A DNA stretch of 63,996 nucleotides, counting the filler, from Porpidia crustulata (taxonomy: Eukaryota): NCBI GenBank assembly GCA_964255105.1. It is 6 parts of 6 records of this genome, joined end to end, with 100 filler letters (N's around TTAATTAATTAA, not from the genome) between each part and the next. Parts side by side here need not be neighbours in the genome. Positions count along the whole stretch, not along the records: positions 32,227 to 42,862 come from CAXUWE010000748.1; positions 42,963 to 53,593 come from CAXUWE010000749.1; 4 more parts are not named here. The stretch is one strand, 5' to 3'. Below the pieces are notes generated by a model. That model made no database searches. It saw nothing but the letters and a program-made list of their open reading frames with translations, and was not told where the DNA came from. The translations under genes and the position numbers were made by a program. Below are positions 37,605 through 50,141 of this stretch, one piece after another; positions within the stretch are counted from its first letter, which is position 1; every line of letters begins with the position of its first letter.

Positions 37605-39248
37605 TCAATAGCCCGGATTATGTTTACACATATGCTTTGGGCTTTCAAAATTCTTCATATTCGCAGCGTTGACGAAGTCTATCGTCGTCTGGATAGAGCC
37701 ACCACAGATTGGACCGCACCAATGCGGACGCATTCCATGGCCATAAGGCTGCAGGATGTATTGCTTATCCTCGAAGTTCGGGTCTGTAATTGCTGGGCCG
37801 ACGTCGCACACGGGGAGGGTGAATGTTCCTTCCCAGCTAGGTCCCTGAGCTCCTGGGTTTGCCCACTGGTCTTGGAGTGCTGACTGTGCACGAGCTGAAG
37901 CTGTGGAAGAGTTGTAAGAAAAGCCAGCAACGTTGTAAGCGTCAAGCGAAGAATTGATAACGTCCTATTCTAACGTTTAGCAGACATAAAGAAAAATAAG
38001 CACTGCAAACAAGATTCGGACTTACGGAAACCTTAACGTTGACATAATCGCCTTGCCCCAGCTTGTCAGCACCTGGAGGGGTGGCTACCCACCCCCATTG
38101 GTGTGAGGTCAAAGAAATGACATCGTTCTCTTGCCAGTAATAAAGATACCATGCTTTCCCGTCTCTGCAGATGGCGTAATCTGCTGGACCGCCACCAATT
38201 CCTTGATTATCACCACAGGCTCCACCCCCCATGACAAAGATTTTTTGTGTCCGGTAAAGCAGATTAATGGCTTGACCGGTAAGGAAGGCGTTCATTTTAT
38301 CGACGACAGCATTCTTATCAACTCCCTCGAAACTGTTGAACAGGCCCCCTTTGAGATAAGAACGAATATCCCCCCTACCAAGATAATTGTCTCCGTGCAT
38401 TAACGCGTTGTTAGCAGCCGTGAATGCCTTCATGGACTCGATAACCACTTTGGCAAGAATACCACCTAAGTCCGCAGATTTCTTGAAAGTATCATCGGCG
38501 CTAGTAACAGTCAATTTGCAGCTCCGAGAATGGTATCTGATCAAAGAATGAAAGGAATGAAAACATACTGAGTACCAATAAGAGGCCCCGCCGCCCCCAT
38601 CGCCCCACCGAATAGAGAAGCAGCAACACCGCCTGCGACACCCTCGGCCGGTCCTCCAAGCCCTGCAAATGCTGCACCAATGCCAATCACGGTATTAAGA
38701 CCGTTGAGTATTTCTTTCAACGCCACCGCACTTTTGACGTCCTTGTCCCGGTAGAAAGTAGTCGCCCACGAATCTTTGGAGAGTGCAGACCCGATTGCGC
38801 TAACTTCAAAAGCCTGGCTGAGGCCGGTGAAATATGAATGTAATCTGTTGACCGACTCGATTACATAGTAGGCCTGCCGGGTGTTGTTGCCCATGTTGTT
38901 TAAATTTCGGTTATCACATGGGTCAAAATCACAATCACTCGAGGATCCATCATCTCGACAAGACCAATCAGGGTTTCCAATTGCCCATTGCCCAAAAGCC
39001 CCAGCGAATCCAGCGCTGTTAGCCTGGACCGAAGAACTTGAATTTCGCCACCAATTGTCCAGCCAGGCATCGGTGTTGTATTTTTTCCAATCAGCGGCCG
39101 TTTGACCATAAAAGGCGGAGACAGGTCCGCAGCGCTTGCGAAGGCTCTCGGCATAAGGTCCTCTCAACGTTTGAAGGTGGCTAGTAGGTATAGCACAGAC
39201 TATAGGCCAAAATAGGACGAACAAGGTGACGCATGGTAGAGAACGCAT
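37605..39248 (-). CDS. secreted cysteine-containing protein of unknown function (~490 aa, 3 exons) with a Gly/Ala-rich hydrophobic hairpin
   Basis: Signal peptide and RKR site; ORFs 38541-39248, 37942-38544 and 37605-37811 link through GT-AG introns; ends ...GTFTLPVCDVG...KHNPGY*. Confidence 0.75.
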
Positions 39249-40558
39249 GGTCAGCTTAACGAGGGTGAGAGGCGATCAATTGATCCTGAGAACATAGAAA
39301 GGACAAAGGAATTGAATAGAAAGAGGTCGAACGCGTCCGAGCCCGAGGAGGAACAGAAGCACATGGGAGAGCATATATACTTAATACCATTGTATACTAC
39401 CTTCGTCTTCATTGTTGTGCCCCCACACGCAGTAGGAACGGACTGATATCTTACGTGGGGCTTAGCAAAGCAGCCCATGATCCGTGGACGTTAGGCTACC
39501 GGGAGAAGTTTGCAGGTTGGACGAATTACAAGTATGGCGATCCTACATCAGAGATGGGGCAAGATCTGTGCCGTGAGCCTCTTAGGAAGCCTTGTGGAAG
39601 ATGATCATGATCTCCTCAGTTCTTTCGGACTATTGATAGTAGCTCGACGGGAATGGTAGCCCTGATTCACCGAACCGAGATGAGCGATGAGTCGAAGTTG
39701 CTGAATGGTAGAATGTCTCGTCTCCTTAGTGCGGCGATGAAACGTCGATTAGGTGAGTAAAGTAAATTCTCATTCGTTCCACGAAGCAACAGATTAACAT
39801 TTTCAACCACTCCCACGAGGTCCGTCGTGCCTAATGCATGCGGACATTAGTGTGCCCGGAGATTTGGATCGTATTAGCTGATGATGACGGACGGGCGACA
39901 GAGCCACATCTGGCATTTGGACGAGCTGGTGGTTGTGGACCACCTTTGACCTTCCCCTTCTTCACAATAGCTAACAGCCAACAGCGCAATAAGGCAAAAT
40001 GCTGATGCCGTACAACCGTACCATGTGCAATTCAAAATACAGCACTACACTGCCTCTTTCTAGGCACGGGAGTATATCGTAGTATCATTTGGTAAGGTAA
40101 TGATTGGTAGAATTATTTCCGGACCCCAAATTGTCTGATTAGAGCATAAGGCTCTAAGATAATAGGACATCAACGCCGCCTTCGTAGTCAAGCACACTTA
40201 AATCATAAGGCAAAAAATTGATGAATAAATCTGAACAGCGTCGAATAGGCCTGCTTCAGAATAAGACTCGTGATGGATTGTTTGATCCTTGGAGTTGGTG
40301 ACTCGAAGTTTTTGGTAAATACGGAACGATGCCTTACCTCCGCAAATAGAGTACACTAAGTCCGCAGTGATCTTCAGGGGTTCCAGCCTAAAGCACGGGA
40401 TGAGGCTCTTGTGGCACCGTTGATGTCATTGCGGGACCGGAGAATTAATTCTGGCTCAAGTCAATGCTTCAGATCACCCCCAGCGACGCAACCTCGTTTG
40501 CAAGAGTCGTGACTGCTTTAGGTCTTCGCTCCAAGAATACTTATTTGCCAAACAGAGG

Positions 40559-42069
40559 ATGCGGCGGAGTAATCATTTTCATCCCTCCCACCAACCGTTC
40601 CGTGCCCACCAATCGCTTGAACTTTTACAGAATCTCACCTCCGGACCTTTTCCCTTCCTCAACCCAACCCGAGCTTACTACAAACACAATACGTTACCGG
40701 ACCAACGTCTTCCGTCTCCAGCTGATGGACTAGATGGGCTGAGAGACTACGGTCTGGGCGAGACGGAGAAGACGCCAAACAATCATCAGGATGAGCAGTC
40801 AGCTTCTAACGTCGCATTTGAATGGCGTTCCCGAGACAATCGCAAAGGTCGTCATGCCATTCTTGCCCAACCAACTTCGGACCCTCTCGCCCCGTACCTA
40901 ATTCCTAAGTTCTCTTCGACACTGCGTGAGACTGTCCGGGGTGTCAAGCGTATGATTACACGATATCCATACTGGGATGTTTCATATCTTGTAGCGATCG
41001 TCTTCACACTTGGATCAATTTTATGGGTCATCAATGCTTTCTTTGTTTGGCTGCCGTTCGTGAAGCCATCGACAGAGTTTCATAACGAGATACTGGTGGG
41101 TGGAGGGGTGACAGCGTTTACAGGGGCTACCATATTTGAGATCGGTAGCGTGCTTTTGATGTTTGAAGCAATCAACGAGAATCGGGCGGGGTGCTTCGGC
41201 TGGGCATTAGAGAGGACCTTGAAGGGTAGTGGACACAGGCCAGATACAGTCAGGCTGCTACCTGATACAGATGGATGCGCGCATCATCATAGTAATAAGG
41301 GAAATTTGATGGGAAAAAGCGATGGTAGGTATTTAATATCTTGAAAGCATGTATATTTCTAATCGCATCTTAGTCAAGAAACCATCCTCAGCATCTTCGG
41401 CAACCTCGTCGGATGTAGATGAACTGCCAGGTGCCGATGTAGAAATTGATCAAGGTCGCTCATGGGTTTGGTTTCCTTCTGCACACGATCTAGCATCGCA
41501 CTATTTACGTGAACTCGGCTTCCTTGCTTGTCTTGCTCAATTCTGTGGTGCTTCCATCTTCTGGATATCGGGGTTCACCGCGCTTCCGGGGATTAACAAC
41601 AAGATGTCTCAGGGCTTACTGGACGGAATATATTGGGCGCCTCAAATAGTTGGCGGGAGCGGTTTCATTATCTCGGGGTAGGACCTCTTCCATGAGATTC
41701 ACGGTATCTGTATGCTGAAAACAAACCAGAGTTCTATTCATGCTGGAAACGCAACCGAAGTGGTATATCCCAGCCCCCAAGGTGCTCGGATGGCACATTG
41801 GGTTCTGGAACCTTATTGGTGCAATTGGATTCACGGTAAGCGTGGACTGTTGTCATTGCCCTATAGAGATTCCCTGTGGCCCGCTAATAGCTATGAAGCT
41901 TTGTGGAGCTTTAGGTCCTGCCTATAAGAACAGTGGCGCTCAGTACGAAGCATCCTTGGCAACTTTCTGGGGAAGCTGGGCGTTCCTGATCGGCAGTGTC
42001 ATCCAGTGGTATGAAAGCTTGGACAAATTCGTGGTCGAGGAGAAAGGCACGAAAGGCAAAGACCCGTAA
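40559..42069 (+). CDS. conserved fungal integral membrane protein, multi-exon
   Basis: WRSRDNRKGRHA, WDVSYLVAIVFTLGSILWVINAFF, ELGFLACLAQFCGASIFWISG, LETQPKWYIPAP, WHIGFWNLIGAIGF, TFWGSWAFLIGSVIQWYESLDK. Confidence 0.8.
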
Positions 42070-42862
42070 AGAAATAGAGATGTCTACGAAACCTCAACCC
42101 GTGGAGGCGTTCAACGTTTTAACGGTTAACCCGGAACCTCTATCCCCGTCAAGTCCACCATTCTAATGCCATCTGTTCATCCGACAAGTCTCGAGGTAGC
42201 TCATTCGCTCATCGAAGCCGTACCAAAAGCGCTACTTGTGCGCTTAACCACAACGTCAGAAAAGGCGACAAGTACCAAAACTCAACGAAGACAGCCCCTA
42301 TCGCTGGTCAAGCTTTCCGATAACCCTCTTAGAAGGCCGATACAGCCAGCATACACACCCGTACACTGACCTCTGGCCACAACCACGGACGTGAGGTCAC
42401 GCGAAAGCAGCCAGCCCGGCGCCGTGCTAGTCCCATCCCCCCCGCCGCGGAAATAGACTTGTTATACCCCTATCCCAAGGTAGGCGTGCGAGTATGACGC
42501 AATCGCAGTCGTCGCCGAGTACTCGATCCTCGTGTCTACGGTCGGGGCCATCCTTGCTCCCATCACTTATCCCGTTGCGGGATATTGGTGGGAAAGCCTT
42601 GAGGCTGGGAGTAAGGAGGATAGTTCGTCTTTGATGTTCATGCATTTATATACGGCGAGTCAGGCTCGATCGAACGACGTTTACAGACGGTCATGCACTG
42701 CATCGCGACAGACAGATCGACATACCTGATTCCCGGTTCACGCTCGGCTTGTCCAAATAGATTTTTTCAAGATGTGGTATCTAGACAATATACTACATTA
42801 TCACGACTGTTTATACACTCATTGCTCCACCTATAAGCTTCCCAACCCGAGCGAGACATCCC

Positions 42863-42962
42863 NNNNNNNNNNNNNNNNNNNNNNNNNNNNNNNNNNNNNN
42901 NNNNNNTTAATTAATTAANNNNNNNNNNNNNNNNNNNNNNNNNNNNNNNNNNNNNNNNNNNN
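42863..42962. other. artificial contig-joining spacer
   Basis: 44N-TTAATTAATTAA-44N. Confidence 0.99.
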
Positions 42963-43518
42963 CACCTACGCGATGGAATGTGTACAAACTCTGCCCTCTA
43001 GTCCCTGCCTAGTCCCCACGACCCCGTTCCCTTTCGTCGAGGGCCCGAAGACGGTCTCCTACGTCGTCGCCAAGGGCAGCGGCGTGCACAGCGGCATCAC
43101 AATTACGTGCACCAAGGAAGGCACGATCCGAGCTATATGCGTCTCATTCGGCGAAATGGTGTTCGGAGGGTCAGGCACATTCACCCAAACCCTCGATACA
43201 AGCGACATCTTCGGAGTGACGCCCGTGACCATCACAGCGGGCCAGAAGCTCCTGGGAAGCGGCACTACATCCTCTTCGCCGGCTTCCGCGGCCGCTTCCG
43301 TGACGAGCACCACCGCCACGGCCACGGCCACGCTTACGGCTTCTACAGGTTCGAGCACATCCGGGAGCTCTACCTCCTCGGGAAGCCAAGTGACTGCGGC
43401 CACGGCATCGAGCGCTAGCGCTACATCGTCCAAGGCTTCATCCGGTCCGGCGATGCCGAAGGCTACACTGAACAATGGCGTGTTGGTCGCCGCGGCGATG
43501 GCGGTTGCATTGTTGTAG
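42963..43518 (+). CDS. GPI-anchored cell-wall protein, 5' end truncated
   Basis: 4-Cys domain ending PVTITAG, Ser/Thr-rich stalk, hydrophobic C-terminus GVLVAAAMAVALL*. Confidence 0.7.
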
Positions 43519-44914
43519 AATTATGCGTCGATGATGTGTCTAAATAATAAAGAACCATTTTCAATGAGCAGCTGATGGACGTTTGGATTTTATAACGGGA
43601 CTCTGACGATGTATGACTTTTGCCTGCTCTCGCTGTTACTATGAGGAGTATGAGGTTCTCCACGATTTCCGAAAAAAGTCTGGCGGAGAGGGTGGAGCGA
43701 AAGGAAGAAAAGAATGTTGAAGTGTGTCTGGACCTGGAAGCGAAGATTGGATATCCCGCCCCACCCTTCAGGCCCATCGAAATTTACACGGACGGCAAGG
43801 AAACCGAAGTCATTCAGTCAATGCACAGACGAAATGTAAATTACAATTATTGTACCAAAATATCTATATTCACTCTGCAGTTGCTGGTTATGCCAGTGTT
43901 GAAATTAGGGGGTAATTTGACAATCTCCGCCACATGGGGCTGGGGACGCTAGCAGAATTTTCAGACCCTTTTCCTTTTCACCCCTTCGATAGCCTCCAAT
44001 GATCAAGATCAATAATCAATCAATTCGTGCCTGACATCTCAACCGTAAGTGCAGAAACAAAAGGAAACGAACAATCACAATAAGTATATATGTATACGTT
44101 ATGTACACCCCGAACTTGGGGTCGAGAATTGCCATCTTTGATCGAGAAAGAGAATAGAGCCGCTTTGGAGGGACCATCGAGGGAGCATGGGGGCGCAACA
44201 GATTGGGAGCTCGAAATGGCGCCATCATTAATAATATTTATCGGTTGGCGCTGTTACTTTAGCTTTTCAAGTAGTTCAACCCCAGACTGCTGTTCGGACT
44301 TCTCGCCTTCCTATTGACAGTACAAAATCACTATTATTGTTATTGTTATATAGAAAATTGTTAACATCCTTGGCATGTCTTCTCAAGGTAAGTGGCCGGG
44401 CTCCATACGTCAACCGGAGTTCCTCCACGTGCAGGGTATCTCCACTTCGGTGCGAGCAGACGGTAATAGTCGCCCCGGCCTTGATGTGTAGTATTAGAAC
44501 GCACTGAAAAGCATCGATTATCAAGAATCTTCACATCCGCAATTCCTGAATCTCAAGGCTTGGATCTTCCGAGGAACTTGCTTCAGTATAATTCGATCAC
44601 GCGATTGACCGCGAAGCAGACCTTGCAGTATCTGTGTTTTACAGGTAATAGTGATAAGAATTAGCGCATTGTTTTGAGGAAATCACTGCCCATTATCAGA
44701 ACAACGAGCTTACCGGGTACGAAAAGGAGTGGGCGGCTGTATGACAGCATGATAGGTACACCTGACAAGAGGATCAAGGAACCAATCCAGCTCAAGTCTA
44801 TTGCCGATGTGCGGGTAGCATCCAGCATCTCGGCTCCTCGATAGGAATCAAAGACTCCAGCCACAAATGTTTGAGCCCCTTGAAGATGCCTGATCGCGCC
44901 ACTAGCGACCGATC

Positions 44915-45804
44915 CTACCAGATAAAGGCCTCCGGCTTTTCTGGAGGGTGTCGAAGTTTCCGCAAATATTCCCCATTGGGCATGGCACGAACATTCGAGA
45001 ATTCAATACCTGCCTCTCGAACCATACTGTCGAAAGCGAGAAACCCTTCTCGCTTTTCACTATCCACTTGCCACGGTTCACGAGTCTCGAAAAAATAGTG
45101 AGGCTCTGTCAAAGCCGCACTGAGGTCTATCAGAAGTCCAGCTCTATAGTTCCGCGCACAAACGTCGATGGGCCATACGCCGAGTCCTGCAAGACGCTTC
45201 AAACGTTGCAGCATCTTGTTGACATCTTTCTTGGTGAATTCGACCTCGGTTTGGACCAGATCTTTGACAATGGCTCGGAAAGGCATTCTTTGGGCTATGG
45301 GTTTCTTGTAGTCTTCGTCTGGCCGATCCCATGTTGTGACGTGGAATTTTTGCTCGAAGTACGTCTCTTCTGTTGCCGGCAGCGTGAGAAAGCCAAAACA
45401 ACGGACGGCGATCTCGCCATTCAAGCCTTCTTCAGATATCCGTCCATACGCTCGGCATTCGTTGTAGAAGGGATCTTTGTGGGCATGAAGAAGACTAGGA
45501 GTAATTTTCTTCTTCTCCTTTTCAAGTAATTCCGCTTCGTCTTCGCTATGATCATAGAACTTGAACTGACAGCACAGGAGTGTCAGCTTTGCACAAAGTC
45601 CTGAGGCAGAGTTCTTACCACTTTCAATACATATACCATGGACTTGATGCAGACCTCGAAAACATGCGCGTGACCGCCATCCTCCGAATCTCCGTCACTG
45701 AGCAGCCGGCGAAAGTCAATAGTCGCTTTGCGATCTTTGAATGGACCCAGCTTAGGACCTTTGCAATTGGGAAGTGGCTTGTTGTAATTAGGCGCTCGAG
45801 GCAT
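44915..45804 (-). CDS. fungal kinase-like protein of the FTA2-domain family
   Basis: LPNCKGPKLGPF, GGHAHVFEV..YVLKV / FKFY...DPFYNECRAYGRI, AVRCFGFL, RAIVKDLV, IDVCARNY, LIDLSAALTEPH; one intron ~45618-45567. Confidence 0.8.
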
Positions 45805-46669
45805 GTTTTGTGCCTGACACAGGTCTTTTGTTTGAAGTCAATGGTGATTGAAACACTGCAAAGGAGCTGGGTACGAGCATCACAAGGCTTCAGACTCAAT
45901 TGCATGCCCGGGCCACTCCTGGGACAGGGTACAGAAGGGATTTGTTGGCTCTGGCCAGACGCGGCTCGAGACATTGGAAACGCAGTGCAGATCACCGATC
46001 ACCTGCATCCGTCTTCGCCCAATCCACCCACCATAATACCCCCTGGTAGTACTGTACGTGTGTGCGTGTGTACCTCTTTGCTAGATCGTCTAATCTTGCT
46101 AGTCGTCAAGATATGTCGATCAATCGCGTGCCGTGCCGACCAGCCTTCATTCGTTGACGCTTGCGCTAATGCGCCCGCTAATAGCGTGATAGCGTCCTTC
46201 GAAGTACTGCATACCTTACTACTGCCTACTGCCTACTTATCCAATCCCTCATCCTCCCAAAATAGCGATTGGCCACCTACTTCGCTGTACGACTGCACCG
46301 GACATGATAAGATGCAGCTGGCTAAGGATCTTGTACTTTGACTGCCAGTCGAAAGCTCGTCTTCAAAGCAGCCCACTGAAGGTGCCCACTGCTACACCAT
46401 CATCCCCGGTTTTCATGATATGGCACAGCAGCTCTTGGCTGCCGTGTTCCAATGACTCTTATTCTTAGATACAAAGTATTTCATCTTTCAGCGTGGGTGA
46501 CGCCTCATGACAAGTCATATTAATATCTCGTCCTACTCCGATGATCACTTTTGAACAATGTCACTGTTGCTTTTTCTGCAATTTTTCTTCTTCCTAGCTT
46601 ACTGCACAACGGCTTCGTTTGGCCAGCATTGGACCACAAGCTTTCAGCGAACCCTCATCGTCCGTAGCC

Positions 46670-47846
46670 ATGTCAAGTCACTGGCAGACCCTGCTGAACT
46701 ATCTGAGAACCCCCGATCCCACTGTCAATGGCGATCGATGTCCAAAAGGAGGAAACACAACTCAGAGCACTTATGACACTCCTCGTGAGATCTTGGAATG
46801 GGAAGAGTTCGAGTATGAGACCCTAACCAGGATTTATGGAGGCCGACTATGCAACATCCTGAATCGGACGTTTGATTTGGTCGACTTCACCAATATACCC
46901 GACTTTCCTTTCTGTCGATACTATGATGAGGACTCGTTCCAGAGCCTTCTCGTCAAGTGGAATTGGTCAGTGGTATCTGAGGCACTGGCGAAAAGCCAGC
47001 CACTACTGTTGCAATCACACGACCATGTCTACATGGTAAAGGGTGGTCAAGCACCGTCTCCAAAGGCAAAGGCAGAAAAAAAGGAGAAGAAAAGAGGATT
47101 CAAACCAGATTGGGGATGTGCAATTGGTGAAAGCCGTCCGATGATGGCACCTGGACACGAAGAGAGCGAGCCAAGTCTGCTGCCTGGAGATTCCAAAGTC
47201 AGCAAGAAGTGGTCAAGCTCGTTGATCGAGCCTGGCAGAGTGCAAAACAGATGGGGAAGCAAAAACTGGATGTCACCGTTAAGGCAAATTTATTCTTACT
47301 GTCTCTCAAACAACAGACGATATGGCTACCTCATCACCGACATTGAATTGGTTGTGGTGCGAGTTCGCCTCGACCAAAAGACCGAACAGATGGCCCAACT
47401 TAGGGATTTAGACATAGACTCACTACGCGAATGCGCTCGCAAGTCTGGCGTTCTGGAATACAAAGCAATACCTTGGCAGCCAGCCACCGGTGACCGCACT
47501 CAGACAGTTAGTGGCCTGACTATGAATTTGGCCCTGTGGTGGCTCCATCTATTGGCTACGGGCAATTGCAGTATTGGAGGAGACTACGGCGAACTGCGAG
47601 ATGCAGTGTGGGCACCCGTCAGTCGGAAGAGATCCCCGACTCCACTCCGCACGGACTTGACGAAGGTAAGTATTGACACTGGTATTTTGAATAAGCTCGA
47701 ATGAATCATCGGCTGACCGTTGGCAACGATAGCCACGACTGACAACAGACCGGGTAAGCAAGAAGTCCCAAAAGCCTTTGGATGACAGCTTGAAACGCTC
47801 CCTGCGTGATCACTCGTATTCTACGCGCAATAAGGTCAAACGTTAG
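46670..47846 (+). CDS. fungal PD-(D/E)XK restriction-endonuclease-like protein
   Basis: KPDWG...LLPGDSKVSKKW...PLRQIYSYC...RYGYLITDIELVVVR...LTMNLALWWLH; intron GTAAGT at 47666 leads to a last exon ending NKVKR*; fold assignment from motifs only. Confidence 0.65.
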
Positions 47847-48107
47847 CACATTTGAAATTCGATGAGCTCCCTTGAAAAGATTAGAGGAAAATCAGCATGG
47901 CTGGACCATATTTAGAAGAATAGCATTAGTGGGCGAGGAGGTATTTCAAACTCAACTCACTTGCCTATCCGAGAATTCATGAAACCAGACTTTCTCTCTT
48001 TCAACGGAAAGTCCTGAGAGGACATTCTGAAATATGTGAACAGATTCAGGCATTCCAAATCATTCATCTTTCTACATGACTATCTAAAGTCAATTTTGCT
48101 CATTGCC

Positions 48108-48133
48108 TTCTCTCTCTCTCTCTCTCTCTCTCT
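48108..48133. repeat. (TC)n microsatellite
   Basis: About 12 TC units. Confidence 0.9.
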
Positions 48134-48193
48134 GTGACTTTGGCTCCTCGAGTTGACTTCTGAGCATGTTCAAGGTATTTTCTAATAAGTGGG

Positions 48194-48504
48194 CTTTGCT
48201 TCTATCTTATTCTCTGAACAAAGAAACATGCACGTTGCATATCACGAAAATCGTAATGATGTTGTCATTTATTCATGAAGCACATGAAAAGAAAACGTTA
48301 AATTCAGTTAAGAGTTAATCTCGTCTTCGTTTTCGATCTCTTCATTTTCGTTCAAGTTTATGAAAATCGTACGAACGAGATGTAATGATATTCAAGAATG
48401 AAGTACATATTATGCATGAAATACAGATTGTTCGATGAAGATCATACAGATCAATGAGTTATTTTATAATCGACTAAAGCTGCTCGCGTTATTGATATCA
48501 ACAT
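48194..48504. repeat. AT-rich hypermutated relic lacking CC/GG dinucleotides
   Basis: No CC or GG in 311 bp while CG, CA and TG are frequent. Confidence 0.55.
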
Positions 48505-50141
48505 GGATCACTACATTTGTGTTACGATCAGACCTTCCCCAACATCCCCAGCAGCACACCGGATCAAGGTGGTGCCGAGCCTAATGAGGCCTAGCGACGC
48601 TCTAGCATTGCTAATTTCCCATCACCGCAAATACCGCTCTGCATCCGGATTTCCTTTCTTCCTTAGTATTTATTTCTTCGTTGATTTACCCCCATAGCTA
48701 GGTAGTTAGGGGCCCCTAACAATTTGCCTAGCTCGACCTCATACAGCCTACGGAAAGATTCACCCCCTTACTATCAGCGTCCTTTGCGGGGAGAGACTAA
48801 AGGATTCGCAGATAGCCAGGAAGAAGGATCTATCTAGACAAATGAATAGTCTATGCTCGCACCTCTCCCCCATCTCTGCTACGCCAGTCAGATGGCCTGT
48901 ATACTCATCATGAGGCGGACAAGCCATAAAGACCACCAAGGACCCCAGCCGGGCAGCGAAAAGGTAGCTGTGTTGGCTACTTTGGTCAAGCTGGTGGCTG
49001 GCTAGCACGACTGACGCGATCGAACCATTTCACGTTTGCGAATGCAAGAGGTTAGAACGCGATGGCCACTTCCCTTTCCCAGAGATCAACAAATGCGTCG
49101 AATATGAAGGCAATGGCTCGAATAGGATGATAGGATTCGAGCACTTCGGCATGGAGGAGAGAGCGTTGGCAGGCAAGCCTCAAGAAACCGAGCCAGTCTG
49201 TCAGTAGTAGAGGATGAATGACTGACTTCATGATGTCCTTTACTCAATGTAAATATCAAAACCTCATAATATCTCCTCGTTCACAGGATATTCTTCCTGG
49301 ATACCCTAAGTAGTCCAGTTCCCTTTCGTTCTTCAAATCACGTGGGAATGAAGCTTTCTTCTAGAACGACCTTGGCACCTTGTTGAAGAAAAAATGGAAA
49401 TGGCTTTGGTGTAGTTATGCTTGGGTAAACTAGGAGTGCCAAGATTATCGGCTCGGGACGGTCCGGAGCGATGTAGGGCTCCTAGCGCCATTCTACAACA
49501 AGTGCAATGCATGTCAAGCACTGTAGCAACTTTTCTATATGACTATTTGATTACTTAGATAAACAGTCACATTGTCTTGCCGCATCACTATGTTAACATG
49601 TCGTCACATCGACAATTCGACATGTCGATAGGTTACAATTGTTTTTTTGATTTGTTTTTTTTTTATTATAGGTTAGAGATCTCTACATGAAGCACATTTG
49701 AATATGTATACAACCCAACGATTGCCTTTTCGGTTCGGGACAGGGAGCAGGGCCGCTTGAGAGGGGGTACCAAGGGAGCACCATGGAGCTTGACTGCCTA
49801 AACCGGCTGTTCGCGTTGCTTATGACCTGAAAGGTCCCGCAAACAGGTTTCCATTCCAATTCCCGATGGCACGTTGCAGATGTCGACACCGCTAACATGC
49901 AAGCTCCCTCCACCTCCTTTGTGCGTTTGACTTTCGTTGCACCGTTATCCATGCGCCATCTATTGGGTATCCTCATTAATACCTCGTTGCAACCTACAGC
50001 TTATTCTGTTATGCAAACAGCCCCGCTTTGTCTGCACTTCGTTCTTTGTTTGTGCGGGATAAGAGCTGCGAAAGGCCTCACGCACATTGCAGCCTTGATT
50101 GAAAGTGTGACTCTCTTGATTTACTCTCATAAGTAGACGCA

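Noticed and set aside
45580..46341. 253-aa + strand ORF, and 44948-45529
   Set aside because: Antisense to or overlapping the FTA2-type gene and its promoter; no recognisable motifs
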